NCBI GenBank assembly: GCA_964016885.1
Contig: OZ024740.1
Span: 180,978,001 to 181,042,000, forward strand
Direction of reading: 5' to 3'
Source: Eledone cirrhosa
Lineage: Eukaryota
Length of the DNA stretch: 64,000 nucleotides
Shown here: positions 39,826 through 52,900 of the stretch, piece after piece
How the letters are laid out: each line of letters opens with the position of its first letter
How positions within the stretch are numbered: the first letter of the stretch is position 1
The notes under the pieces: model-generated
The model's input: only the letters and a program-made list of their open reading frames with translations
Databases searched by the model: none
What the model was told of the DNA's origin: nothing
Program-made: the position numbers and the translations under genes

Positions 39826-40578
39826 ATATACAGATAAATAGATAAATAAATCACGAACGTGTGCGTGCAGCAGTTCATAACTGCACGTATGCAAACATGA
39901 GCAGGTATATACGTGAATTTGTGTGTGCGGCCACGGAACTTTACTCAGAGGCATACAAGACAATATATAAGACCTGGAGGGGAGGAAAGAATGTAATAAT
40001 GAGAGATAGAGGGGAGGAAAGAGGGTAATAATGAGAGATGGAGGGACGGAAATGGGAAGGGGGGGGGGGGTGATATGAGGGGGGGTGTCAGTCGGGGGGC
40101 CGGGTGGGTCTGTAGTTCTTGTAATTTGCATAGTTCTTGTGCATGCAATTAGGGGAGTGTTCCGAGTTCTTGTTGAGTAGAGGGCCTTTGGCGAATAGAA
40201 TCTCATAGCTCTCGGAGATACAGAGGTCACAGCAATTATGGCCTCCCGTGTAGGATCGCGCTCTCTGGAGTAGTCTCCATTGGGTCTTGAAGGGGATGGA
40301 GTTCCTTTTAAGGTGCCAGATGTGGGCGGCGAGTGTAGTTGGTTAGATTTGTCTGGGCGCCGGAAGGAATGTGTGTGGGTGTACCAGCGAGTCTTAAAAC
40401 AATTAGAAGTCATCCCGATGTACGAGTTTCTTTTTTCATCGGGGCCTGAGAGTACATCGCATATATAGACGATATATATATATATATATATATATTAAGA
40501 TAAACAGAACAAGCAAAATTCAACCAATTTTTCAAAATAAATTAAAAAATATAATATAAATATTTACCTCTTCTAATG

Positions 40579-40659
40579 GCCCTTACTGATCAGTTTCGCT
40601 TTGTAAAACCCCAGAATCCTATGGATATCTGATGGAAAACCAAAGCTCATCAGAGAAGC
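40579..40659 (-). ncRNA. Type I hammerhead ribozyme with extended stem II
   Basis: Minus strand GCTTCT CTGATGA GCTTTG...CAAAGC GAAA CTGATCAG TA AGGGC. Confidence 0.8.
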
Positions 40660-40786
40660 ATTTTCCTTTCCTAGGGCTAAAAAACCCCAGGAACGATAAA
40701 ATATATGACCTCCTGCCAGCTATATATATATATAGAGAGAGAGGAGTAGGTAAGTTTATATATAAATATGCTATTCCCTTAGCATA

Positions 40787-40888
<102 letters not shown>

Positions 40889-41612
40889 AAAAGTGTCAGG
40901 ACTCCGCCAGCTAGGCTCCGGTCATTTCGACAGCTAGACACGAACTAAACCAGTAGTGTTAGGACCGACGTGATCTAGCTGAACTTATCAAGGGGTACAG
41001 TCCATATATGGGCATGTAATCAAAACATAGCAGTAGTATCATATCAAAGAATTCTAAAAATTGTTTTTCCTTTCTGTCACTGGGAGTGATCAAATATATT
41101 TGGATGTCGTATACATAGTTAAATTCCTCCATGGCGGTGGGTAGGGTGGCTGAACTTGCCTGTAGAATAAAGGGGAGGGAGTAGGAGACTTTCCGTCCTG
41201 TGGATGCCACGCCTGTCATGCGTTAAGAGAGAATTCTTTACAACTATCTCTAAAGGGGGAAAGCACCTATGAGAAACAAGGAATATTGTAGAACGAATAT
41301 GAGTATGCCCGGTGTAACATTGGCTAAAGAGCAAAGCAAATATAATACTAATACAATTCAGTTATTAGTTACTCTAGTGCAGTAGAACGGCACCTCAATG
41401 TAGTAATTTATCAATATTATCTTCCATAATGATACCCCCTCCCCCCCAAAAAAAGAAATCACTATGGCTACGTGTTCGGTCAGTGCTCTGTATATTTAAC
41501 AGAAGTGAAAATACTTGGGTTAATCTAAGGATGAATGGAAACTGGATATATTAGTGTAGATATGCAATGATCCACCCAATTATGGTCCACCTGGTTCTTA
41601 CAACACTTCCTT

Positions 41613-41718
<106 letters not shown>

Positions 41719-41803
41719 AAAAGGTAAACAGAAATAACAACACACAGGGTGCAGTATATGGAAGGAATATATTAGAATAACACTTGAAAGAGAAGGAAGA
41801 GGT

Positions 41804-41839
41804 TCTTTACGCTTCGGACGCTAGTCCTTCATCTGAAGA
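41804..41839 (-). ncRNA. Degenerate minimal hammerhead (two core changes)
   Basis: Minus strand TCTT CAGATGA AGGAC-TAGC-GTCC GAAG CG TA AAGA. Confidence 0.45.
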
Positions 41840-42086
41840 CAGAATAAAAAAAAAATTAGAGATACATAACAGTCAATTCATGTTGCCATATCTTGGAAAA
41901 CTGTTGATGGTCGTGTTCTGTATATGATATATATATTTTTTAAAGTGGATGATGTATACGTGCGATTAAGTTTGGTGGTTCACCACGGTGTAGAATTGGT
42001 CTTCCCTCGAAGTAAATAATGAAGTATTATTGAGAAAGCACTCGATTTTATGCAATTCATTTATATATATATATGTATACATATAA

Positions 42087-42167
<81 letters not shown>

Positions 42168-42265
42168 ATATATATATATATATAATATATATATATATAT
42201 AATATATATATAATATATATATATATATAATATATATATATATATAATATATATATATATAATAT

Positions 42266-42302
<37 letters not shown>

Positions 42303-42637
42303 GTGTATATGTACATATACATACTCACTGACACAAACACCGATATGTGTAATAGAAATCATACAAACATACTACATTGTTAAAATGAAAACATAATACA
42401 TTTTTTTTTCTAAATAATATAATATAGCAGAGATTCGACAGGAGTAGTGAAACTCCGGCTGATTCAATAGAATCCGGCGGGCGGTTAATATATTGTCCGC
42501 AGAGATGAGAGAGCCGGCCACAGGAAGGGATATTACATAGATTATGAAGATGTCGAGTTTAAATTTTATCTGGAAATTGTTTCATTAACTTGACCAGCAT
42601 TCCGATTTCTAATATTTGTCAGTATTTTTAAACCAAT

Positions 42638-42850
42638 GCAGGATTGGCAGTAACGGTAAGGCATCGGACAAAATGCTTTGCGGCATAGAGTTGCGACCCT
42701 TTTCTTTCTGATTTCAAATCCTGGTGAGATTACATTTGCCTTTCATCTATACGGGTATGATATAATAAAATGCCGCTAATGCAATGGAGTGGATTTAACT
42801 GGCGTTCCCCAACCTTTAAATTGATGGCCTTGTGCCCAATGTAGAACAAA
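42638..42850 (+). mobile_element. tRNA-derived SINE, family 1 (diverged)
   Basis: TGGCAGTAACGG, GATTTCAAATCC, TTTGCCTTTCATC, GGCCTTGTGCC. Confidence 0.7.
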
Positions 42851-42892
42851 TCTATTACAATCGCATCGCGCTCTTCGTACTGTCTATTGTTG

Positions 42893-43073
42893 ATTGGCAG
42901 TATCGGTAGAGGGTCACACGCCATGTTTGCAGCATCGCGTTACGTCCCTTTGTGGTCTGAGTTCAAAATCTGCTTGGGTTAACTTTGCTTTTCATACTTC
43001 TTGGTCGATAAAATAAAGTACCAGTAATGCACTGTGATAATTGCTGGCCTTGTGCCAAAAAGTAGAAACAATT
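42893..43073 (+). mobile_element. tRNA-derived SINE, family 1
   Basis: TGGCAGTATCGG, GAGTTCAAAATC, central block and 3' GGCCTTGTGCCAAAAAGTAGAAACAATT. Confidence 0.85.
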
Positions 43074-43329
43074 GTTATTGCTATTATTATTGTTATTTCT
43101 TTTTTCATTTTTCCCGCTTTATGTTCATACGAGTTATCACCAATCACAACCAATGACCTCAAGAGGTAACAAGGTCTACCATGTTAAAAATAAAATACAT
43201 ACACACATAGGTCTTTGGACTTGTGATGCATTTATATTGACAAACTCTTCCTTAGTATACGGGAAGTTCCCATTAGTACTATGTATTTCTTCTAAAAGCG
43301 TGTTTGTGGGATTTGTGATAAATAATCAT

Positions 43330-46300
43330 TAGATCCCTTAGTTACCATTCCTACAACCACTGGTATTGTTGTAGTTCTCAACTTTCACAGTTTCCAATCT
43401 CTATCTCCAGGTCTTTATTCTTACTCAAATTTTCAAATGTTTTTATTGATACATTCTTATCTATAGGAAGGGACATATCACTTAGCAGGCATACCCTCTT
43501 TTTAAAGTCCTTCAGTAATATATCAGGTCTATTTGCATCTACTTTTCGGTCTGTTTGGATGCTAAAGTTCCACAAAATTTAGATGTGTCATTTTTCAGGT
43601 ACGGGTGGTGATTGATACTCCCACTAATTCTGTTGATGGGGCAGGTAAAAATACTTACATATTACTCAGTGTATGTATTGTGCAGATCTGTCGTGCCTAT
43701 TTAGGTATTCCGTTGGAGCTATCGGCCTACACATTGAAACTATATGATCAATGGTCACTGGGATTTTTTTTTACGTACACGGCTTAATGGGTGGCATCCA
43801 TTTTTTTATGATGTTTGGCTTGATAATGTTTTTGTTGGCAGACACTGATCTTGTGCTGATATAATCAGTCCTTCAGTCTCCGATTTCAGTCCAGAGGATG
43901 CCAACCACTGATGGGTTAAAGTTTTGTCAACATCAGGATTGTTAGCTCGTTCTGGGTATTTTCCATACAGAGGCTTTTCTTGCCATTTCTTAGCCAGTTT
44001 CTGTACAGTTCTTTCTTTGCAGTTACTTTTACCTGCTTTGCTTTTTCTGTATTTTCCATTTCAGCAGTTAATGGGACTTCTGAAATTTGTAGTCCATTAC
44101 TGTATCTTTGTGCATCTTTTGTAATGGAATATGATCTTTTGATGCTTTCGTGTTTCAAAACGAGTTTGATCATCCAATCATGTGATTCCCTTAGATATGT
44201 AGACACTCCAAATGTTGCAGTTTCCAACGCAATGTCTAACTGTATTAACCCACGTCCTCCTTCTTTCCTAGGTAGATATATTATATCTATCTGCCTTAGG
44301 GTGATGCATTCTGTGCATGGTTAAGAATTTTCGAATTTTTGTGGATGCCAACCACTGATGGATTAAAGTTTTGGGAACATCAGAATTTTCAGTTCATTCT
44401 AGGTATTTTCCATACAGAGGCGTTTATTGCCATTTCTTAGCCAGTTTCTGCAGCAGTTCTTTATTTGCGGTTACTTTTACCTGCTTCGCAATTTCTGTTT
44501 TCCATTTCAGCCGTAAGTTTGTAGTTCATTACTATATCTTTGTGCATCTTTTGTAATGGAGTATGATATTTGATGCTCTCATGTTTCAAAACGAGTTTGC
44601 TCATCCCATCATATGCCTCCCTTAGATATGTAGATATTCCAATTGTTGCAGTGTTCAAAAAAATATCTGACTGTATTAATCCACGTCCTTCTTCTTTATA
44701 GGGAGATATATTCTATCTGTATCTGCCCTAGGGTGATGCATTCTGTGCATGGTTAAGAATGTTCTAATCTATCCATGCAATTGATAGATTTTTGTCTATT
44801 ATGACGATCTTTCAGAATCATTTTGTTAATCGAAAGCTGATACTTACAACCATATGAGCCTCGTGTACACACTTTCTGCTCATTGGGAAATAGATCATTT
44901 GTTACCAGGTGATCATATGTATATTCAGTTAGGATTGATGTTAAGATGTTATACATTGTGCTCCAGCAAATTAGCGGTCTATAATTCTTTGGATTATTCG
45001 TCTCATCATTCTTCGGAAGTACTAATGTAATGCCGTTAACTAGCCATGATGGTATATTTTCTGGCTCCTTAACCATTTCATTGTAAAGTTGGATTAACAG
45101 CTCATGTGACTCAGGGAAGGCATTTATCCAAACATTTGGTATTTTGACTTAGCCTGTGGATTTCCATTTGCTGGATTTTCTAAGAGCTAAACGCAGATGT
45201 TCAACAGTTATATTTTCCCGTGTTTGTTCCTCAAGGTGAACTGTATCATTCATTTGTTTGAATATCCATAGATCTTGTATATTATGATTTAATAGTTATT
45301 GTTTACTAGCCAAATTTTCAGTAGTAGTTATTTTTTAACATATTATTGTCCTTATAGAATCTAGAGCATTTTTCAAAGCGCCTTATACGAGCAGTTTTGG
45401 TCGACTCTTTTTGCTTGATTATTTCTATCAGCACGTCTATGTCGCTCGTTGATTTTATGTATTTTCTTTTATATTGTTTAACATTAGTTTGTTTAACATG
45501 TTCACCTACTTTGTAGTTTGCTAACATTTCTATGTCAGATCGAAGAAGGTTTATTTGAAGATTGATGTCTCTTGCCATATTTTTTTGTTGTTGGCATTCC
45601 TTTGTTGTTTTTTTCATTTTCACTCCCCATAAGCAAGTGGTGACTTTAACCGATGTATAGTACAGATGATTTAGATCAGTAATATTTGGTTTATTTGGGG
45701 TGATAATGTCTTGGTGAGTTATGCGAGGCTTGCGTATTATCCTCTAGTTTTGTTTGGAGTTCTGGATATTAGGGAGCGTGTCTCGTTCCTCCATGATAGA
45801 TTCTTTCATTTTCATCCATTCGATCATAATTTCATTCGTCAACTTGGCGAGTTCATTCACATTCATATCTTTATGATTGGTGATCTCCTGGGATTAAAGG
45901 AGTTACAATTTACCTCGTTTTCACTGACACATGTTTCATTCTCCCTTCGATGACTTGCGCTAATTGCTTGACTGATCAATTTCTATGTCGGTTAGTAATT
46001 TCTTCTTAACAATGTTTCTTCGTATATTAGCTAGCTTGTTACTGTCAATATAATATCTGTTTTCAGGATGTTTCTTTTTCCAATTGATAAATGTCTGTTC
46101 TGTATTCGATCTATTTGATGCGTAGTGCATGGTAGTGTAGAAAGCCTCAAGGACATCTTTATTGTCTTCCCTTGACCATTTTTCTCTCTTTTTCTTTGGA
46201 TTTCTTGGTGGTGAGCATGGAGGGCCATCAGTAGGAGTCTTCCGGTTATGAGAGGTCTCTAGCTCCGAATTGATGGGAATATTTGAACCATTAGCTGATT

Positions 46301-46510
46301 TTTTTACCCCAGTCCGGTTACATTCTGAGGGACGCAGCACTTTTTTGACCCGGGTGACGGCCGGTGCGGTATGAGATTTGATCATTTGACATTGGCTTTA
46401 TTTTGTTAATGTTTATCCTTAACCGCCAAGGGGTAATCATTTTGAGTTAGCACTCCTAGGACGAGTGTCAACCAAGACTAGGGGATCATCCTCCCCTTGA
46501 GACACGGCTA
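43330..46510 (-). mobile_element. Decayed R4/Dong-type RLE non-LTR retrotransposon with an RT-core deletion and an internal tandem duplication
   Basis: ORF start 46385 (KREKWSREDNKDVLEAFY); YRPLIC..YNILTS..EQK (44753-45076); RLE NRPDILLKD..DMSLP (43378-43575); about 43896-44340 duplicated at about 44343-44760. Confidence 0.85.
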
Positions 46511-47122
46511 TTTGTGGTTTGTGATTTGTTACCTATATTTAATATACATCTTGACATCCTTCTTTAATGCTTGAACTTAAATTTTGAGAAAACTTGTGAT
46601 ATAACAATAACTATTATTATCAGGCAGGGATCTGTGGTGGTGGTGATGATAACATTGCCGTTATTTGGCTGTTGCATTTAGGGTACGCAGAGGGGTTTTC
46701 TCCATTCGTAACCATTTTCATTTTTGAATATACAATTTCTAATACAAAATTATATATTTGAGATATATGCCAGAGTATTATCGGATCTCACTTCCTGAGT
46801 GAGGATTGATGCCTTATGTCCCATTTGCAATAATAATTATTATATCACAGTTGTTTTAAATACGTAAAAAACAAAAGAATTACGTAAGGGAATCTATGAC
46901 AAGGTATCCACCACGGGCGTCTTCTATTATTTTATTACAGTATTACGGAAGACAACATCTATGGGTGACAGAATAAAATATTTCAGAATATTTTCCCGAG
47001 TTTTAAAATATGTGAGGTGATAATAAAATGAAACTAATAATAATAATCGTAGTTGTAATAAGAATGACAACGTAAACAATAATAAAATTAGTAATAATAA
47101 TAAGTATTATTATTATCATTAT

Positions 47123-47226
47123 TACCCGAGGTTAACTTTGCCTTTCATCCTTCCGGGGTCGATAGAATAAAGTACCAGTAATGCATTGGGTAATTGCTGG
47201 CCTTGTGCCAAAAGTAGAAACAATTA
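47123..47226 (+). mobile_element. 5'-truncated SINE, family 1
   Basis: CCCGAGGTTAACTTTGCCTTTCATCC..GGCCTTGTGCCAAAAGTAGAAACAATT. Confidence 0.85.
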
Positions 47227-47239
47227 TTATCATTATTAC

Positions 47240-49991
47240 CATAGTTATTATTATTATTATTATTATTGTTCTTTGAGTCTCAGTCATTGATGTTATTTAA
47301 CTGGAAAGTTTTTTGAAATGAATATCAAGCCATTACCTGCAGCATCAGAGATTCAGGACGTATAGGAGGGTTCTTGCTGTTCCCAGCAAGCATGCCTTTT
47401 GCAGTGTTCCAAAAAGCGAGGCGGGACCAATTTTCTTTAACCATCCTTGGAAGCTCTTTGAGATACTACCTAGTGCGCCTATGACAATCGGGACCACTTT
47501 GACCTCATGGCAGTTCCAAATCCTTTTTACCTCCCACTTTAAGTCCTGGTATCGGTTAATTTTCCCCTCTCCTTCTCTTGCACTCTCGTGTCGAATGGGC
47601 AGGATACATCTACGATCAGGCACGATATTTTTCCCTTGTCCAAAACCACCAGGTCAGGTCTATTGTGTTCCAGTTTCTTGTCCGTCTGTATCCTAAAATC
47701 CCACAGCACCTTCACCTGATCGTTTTCTATCACCAACTCTGGCTTATGCTCATACCACTTTTCAGAATGTGGTAAATTGTTTACTTTGCATAGGTGCCAG
47801 TGGATCACGCTGCCCATCACATCATGTCTCCAGCCTTTATAGTGAGTCCGGGCTAGGTGTTTAGACTCGGATACAATGTGAGCCACTGTCTCCTCTCTCT
47901 TTCCACAGATCCTGCACAGTGGGCTAGCCTCCTCCTTGTAAATATTGTGTTTCAGCCACTTCGTTTTGAGTGACTGCTCTTGCGCAGCCATTGACATTCC
48001 TTCTGTAGCCTTTTTAAGGTCTACTCTTTTCAACCAGTTCTATGTCTGTGGATGTCTGAATTCAGTTTTCTCAAAGAAGGTATTATGAAGGGATTTTTCC
48101 TGAAGATTGCTCTTTCTCCTTGTTGTTTCCTCGTTGGACATCCCCTGGTCTATTGTCCTCTCCTTCAGTACAATTCTGAGCATTGGCTCCCTACTATCAG
48201 TCACGTATTTGTGTAGGTCGCTTTTCTCCATCTGAACACAGTCCACTCTGCTGATAAGACATCTTCCACCTTCAGATATCCTTAAGTAGAGTCTATCGAC
48301 ATCACTCCTCTTGTGGAACATGTTGTAGATAGTCAATAGCTTCCTAGTCTTCCTATCCATTTCTTTTTGTTCAGCACTATTCCATCTCAGAATTCCCGCA
48401 CTATACATCATAATAGACACAGCTCGGGAATTTATTGCACTTATGGCATTCCTACTGTTCAGATGTGATTTTAATACGCCCCTTACTCTCCGAATGTATT
48501 CAGATCTGATCAATTCCTTCATTTTTTATTCTTGATGTCATCAGCCTCCAGAACACCCAAATACTTGTATCCTTCTTCAGTGTCAATTTCCTTTATCATC
48601 TCACCTGTTGGTACCTGAATTCTGTTGCTTCTGCTCAATTTACCCCTCTTCATCACAAGGACTCCACACTTACTAATACCAAATTGCATACATATATCGT
48701 TGCTGAAAACACGGACAGTGTCAACAAGCACACCCAACTCCTTCTCACTCTTCCCGAAGAGCTTAAGATCGTCCAAGAATAGGAGGTGATTGATGGTAAG
48801 CTCTCTCTTTCCCAACTTGTATCCTGCTCTAACTTTTCGCAGTATAATGGTCAAGGGCATCAGGGCAAGGACAAACAACAGAGAGGACAGACTATCTCCC
48901 TGGAAGATACCTCTCTTGATCTTCACGCTTCCCAAGGATTCTCCAGCTGATGTTAACTCTGTTTTCCAGGACTCCATACTTTTGCACAACAACTGTCTGA
49001 TGTTATCTGCCACGTTGTAGATCTCTAGGCTTTTGGTGATCCAAGAATGAGGCACCATGTCAAATGCCTTTTTGTAGTCTATCCATCCCATGACAAGACC
49101 AGTGTCTCCTCTTGCAATTCCTCATTAACATCTTATCTATAAGTAACTGGTCCTTTGTACCACGGGACTTCTTTCGGCATCCTTTCTGTTCGTCCGGTAA
49201 CAAGTTGTTCGTGTGGAGGTGATGGTAGATTTCCTCAGACACAATGCTTTGCAACAGTTTTCACATTACGGACTGACATGTGATAGGTCTATTTTTGGTA
49301 ACATCATTACCCTTGATTCGGTCTATCTTTACCAGAACTGTGGTACCTTTTGTCAACCACTCTGGTACCTCACCTGACATCAAGCAGTCATTGAACATGG
49401 TTGTCAGTTTCGGGTGGAGGGATGTTATATTTTTAATCCAATACCCCTGCACACCATCTGGGCCTGGTGATTTCCACTTGGTTAGTTTTTTTGGCTGCTC
49501 CTTAAGAGTTTCAACTGTGATACTCAAATCAGCTTGTTGGTGTGTCTGTTCACTAATCTCCTTTTTACTGTCACAATCCCCACTGCCCGGTCATTATGTT
49601 TAACATCCTGCTCCTATATTCTTCTCCAGAATGTCTTAGTTTGTTCCGCCTCAGGGATCAAGTCGTTGCCTCTTTCTTTCCCTTCAAGCTGTCCAAACAT
49701 CATCTTCTGGTTGTTGTCAAACATGCGGTTCTGTCTATACTGACTGACTCTGCTCTCGTATCGCCTAATCTTTGCACTCTTTACTACAATGCGTTGCTTC
49801 GGTTCCTCTATGATAATATTTAGCTTTCTCCTCCTAGTTTTGTACTTTATTTCCAGTCTATTTTTAGTGTCTATGTTTGTTAGTGTCCCATTCAGTAGGG
49901 ACTAAAGCTTTCCAATGTTATTTATCATTCCCCTGATTTGACCATTCAGTCGTTTCTTCCACCAAGGTTCTGATCTTTCTTGTTTGTTGTC
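47240..49991 (-). mobile_element. 5'-truncated R4/Dong-type RLE non-LTR retrotransposon with a (TAA)n tail
   Basis: [47 protein letters not shown]; CRICG..ETVAHI, RHD, NRPDLVVLD..DVSCP; several frameshifts. Confidence 0.92.
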
Positions 49992-52900
49992 GTACGGGTT
50001 CAGCCCCAGCCCACCCCCACCTAATAACATGGAGCATCGGCGCCTATGCACCGTGTCTTATCGGACGATTAACATAAAATCGCGCCGAGTGGAACGGCAT
50101 CCGAGTCCCAAATCCAAAAAGCTTTGGGACATGTGTGGGCAATAAAACCCCAAAAGAGACGTGGGAAGAAATATGGAACCGTGGAACACCACAGGAGGCC
50201 AGAAAACATTCCATAGCCCCATTAAGACGTGACGACTTCACACTCGTCCCAGGCTATTGTGGCCAGAGACTCGTGAAGATCAGGGTGCCCCAAGTTCCAT
50301 CGGTCATCAAAATAACCTGGCTAATGGCTGCCGTCCTCGCCGGCATCGATGCCAACACCAAGATAATCGAAATAGCGAATGAAAAGCAGGAGAACTGGTC
50401 CGAATCTGGGATGGAGCTCCTGATCCAAGCGGACCAAAAAAAGCATTGAGATCCCAGAGGTAATAGACCTCACTGACGGCAGCCACCTCACCGTAATAGT
50501 CGAGGGCAGAAGGCCTAGGTGTGGCGTTTGTGGTGAAGGAACCCACCTAAGGGCTTTCTGCATTCAGGCTAAAGGGTTGAGGCCACTTCGCTTACCCACT
50601 CCAGTGACTCAACCATCAACACCACCAGCAGCAGAAATAGCAGCAACAACAGAAGCAACCGTAGCAGCAGCAACCCCAGCAACAGTAGCAAAACCAAAAC
50701 CACCACCAGCCAACGCGCCAGAACTAGCACCAGCGCCTACACCATCCACGACGCCACAACCAAAACCAACGCCTGTGGAGGATTTTCCACTCCACGACCT
50801 ATCGCAACTGGAGACAGATTGTGAAGACGGAGAGTGGGAAATGGTATCAGAAAAAAAGAAAAAGAGAAAAAGAAACCAAAAAAGAAAAAAAACTCTTCTT
50901 TCCCCCTCCAAAAACAAAATACAGAGGGAAACAAATAAACTATCAAACAAAAAAGTTAGGACAGCTATACCACCATCCACACCAACATCACCAACCCCAT
51001 CACCACAAACACCAACATAATCACCATCATTAACCCCAACACCACCATCACCAACACCACAATAGTCACCAAAAAGCGAAACTGAAACAAACCCACAACA
51101 AAGGCAAACAAAAAACCAAACGATACACACGACACAGCAATAAATTTGAAAACAACCAATTATTACACTACATCCAACACAACACCAGCATCACAGAAAA
51201 AGACTACACAACAACCCAAATGTTCACACCACCTCCACACATACAAATCATTCGCATCACACAGAAAACGTACACGACACTAAAATAAAAATTCTCCAAA
51301 GACATCGGAGACAACCGACAAACACTCTCCAGGTGGATTTATAAGGACATCCTTCCGGAGGAGGCCACAAGCAGTGAAAAGGATGGACAAACCATCCTTC
51401 CTCTACGAGAAGTAAGGTAAGTGGTCTTTCCCATCTTTTCCACTCCATTTCAACATGACCTCACTCAGAATAGACAGTATAAATGCGCGTGGCTTGGGGT
51501 CGTCATGGAAGCAGGACCACCTGCTCAACGACTTCAGGTCACTAAACATAGATGTAGTGGCCATCAGCGAGACCAGAATCTCGGAAGCACAGGCCTTCTC
51601 ACCGTTCTTCAGGCGGCTACGATGTGTACGCATCTCCCAGCCGCCCTGGATCGGGGGGAAGGAGTTGCTGTGCTATTTCTGAGAGGTTTGGATCTCGCCA
51701 TACGGGCCATCTTCCTGGACACATAGGGTAAGTTGGTGGTGCTGGACGTGATCAGCGGACAAGAGCAAGCTTTCAGGCTAGTGACCGTCTATGCCCCGAC
51801 AGGAGGAGGGCCGCCTGATTTCTTGTGGCGTCTGGAGACCTTTCTAGGAACGTCCCGCTCTTTAGTATTAATGGGCGACTGGAACGGGATCTTAGATGCA
51901 CGCTGGGACTGTGTGAGATTAGCGGATAGGGGAGGAGGGTGCAAGAGCCTCACCAACCTGCTCAGGCGTTTTGAACTGTCTGACAAGTACCGATTGGATT
52001 TCCCGAATGTGCCAATGTGGACTTGGACAAATCGCATCGGCTCATCCAGATCATATTTGGATAGAGTATTTTGTAGGAAAATAGATAGGTCTAGCAAAGC
52101 TGTCCACAATTCAAGATAGTCAGCTACACAGACCACACATTTGTGATCTGTGTGCTTGACTTAGATAGGCTTCATAGACGAGGACCCGGCTACTGGAAGC
52201 TAAACGCGTCCTTGCCAGCGCGCAAGGCCTACAGAGACCGGATTAGCGAACTATTTAAGCGAGCGTTGACGAGGACCATGTCAACAACAAGTGGTGGTTT
52301 GCTCTGAAAATAGCGATTAGAATAGAGTCCATTAGGTTTAGTAAGGCTTTAGCTATAGAAAAAAATAGAACAGAGGGAGAACTAGTTAGAAAATTAGACG
52401 AGGCGCTTAGCAAAGGCATCGCGACCAACGTTATTGCGGCGAAATTGACCCTTGACCAATTCTTCAATGCGGAGCACGAAGGCTGCGTTGTCAGAGTTAG
52501 CGTGCGTGCTCTCAGACACGAAGGAACGAAAGCCGTTCAATGGGCCTGAGTGGCGGAGGCGCGTCGTGGCATGAAAGCCACGATCCGGTCTTTGGAGGAA
52601 CACGACGGGCGCATGCTACTCGATCCCGGGAAAATGTGTGAAGCTTTTCAGCGACACTTCGCTCAACTGTTCGGGGGCAGCGGCGGACCGGATCGAGGGA
52701 TGGTCTTTAGTGTCTACCTCTACGGACTCTCGGGCACTGAGGCGGAGTGTTGCGAAAATCCGATACAAACACTGAAGTACGGGAGGCAATGACTGGCTGC
52801 ACAAGGGGTAAATCGCCTGGTTTGGATGATCTTCCCTATGAACTTTACGTACAAATGCCAGACTTGTTCGGAGGCCTCTTGGCAGACGTCTATTGCAACT

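Larger units (their letters stand above)
38030..40470 (-). mobile_element. Naiad-type PLE 3' fragment with microsatellite-expanded 3' UTR
   Basis: Minus strand ICDVLSGPDEKRNSYIGMTSNCFKTRWYTHTHSF (40350-40465); hammerhead at 38118-38168; continuity across the microsatellite is inferred. Confidence 0.7.

Noticed and set aside
40905-40995. Minus-strand TTGATAA..CAGCTAGA/TCTAGCTG..GAAA motif
   Set aside because: Stem II is present but stem III, the cleavage triplet and stem I are not recoverable; too decayed to call
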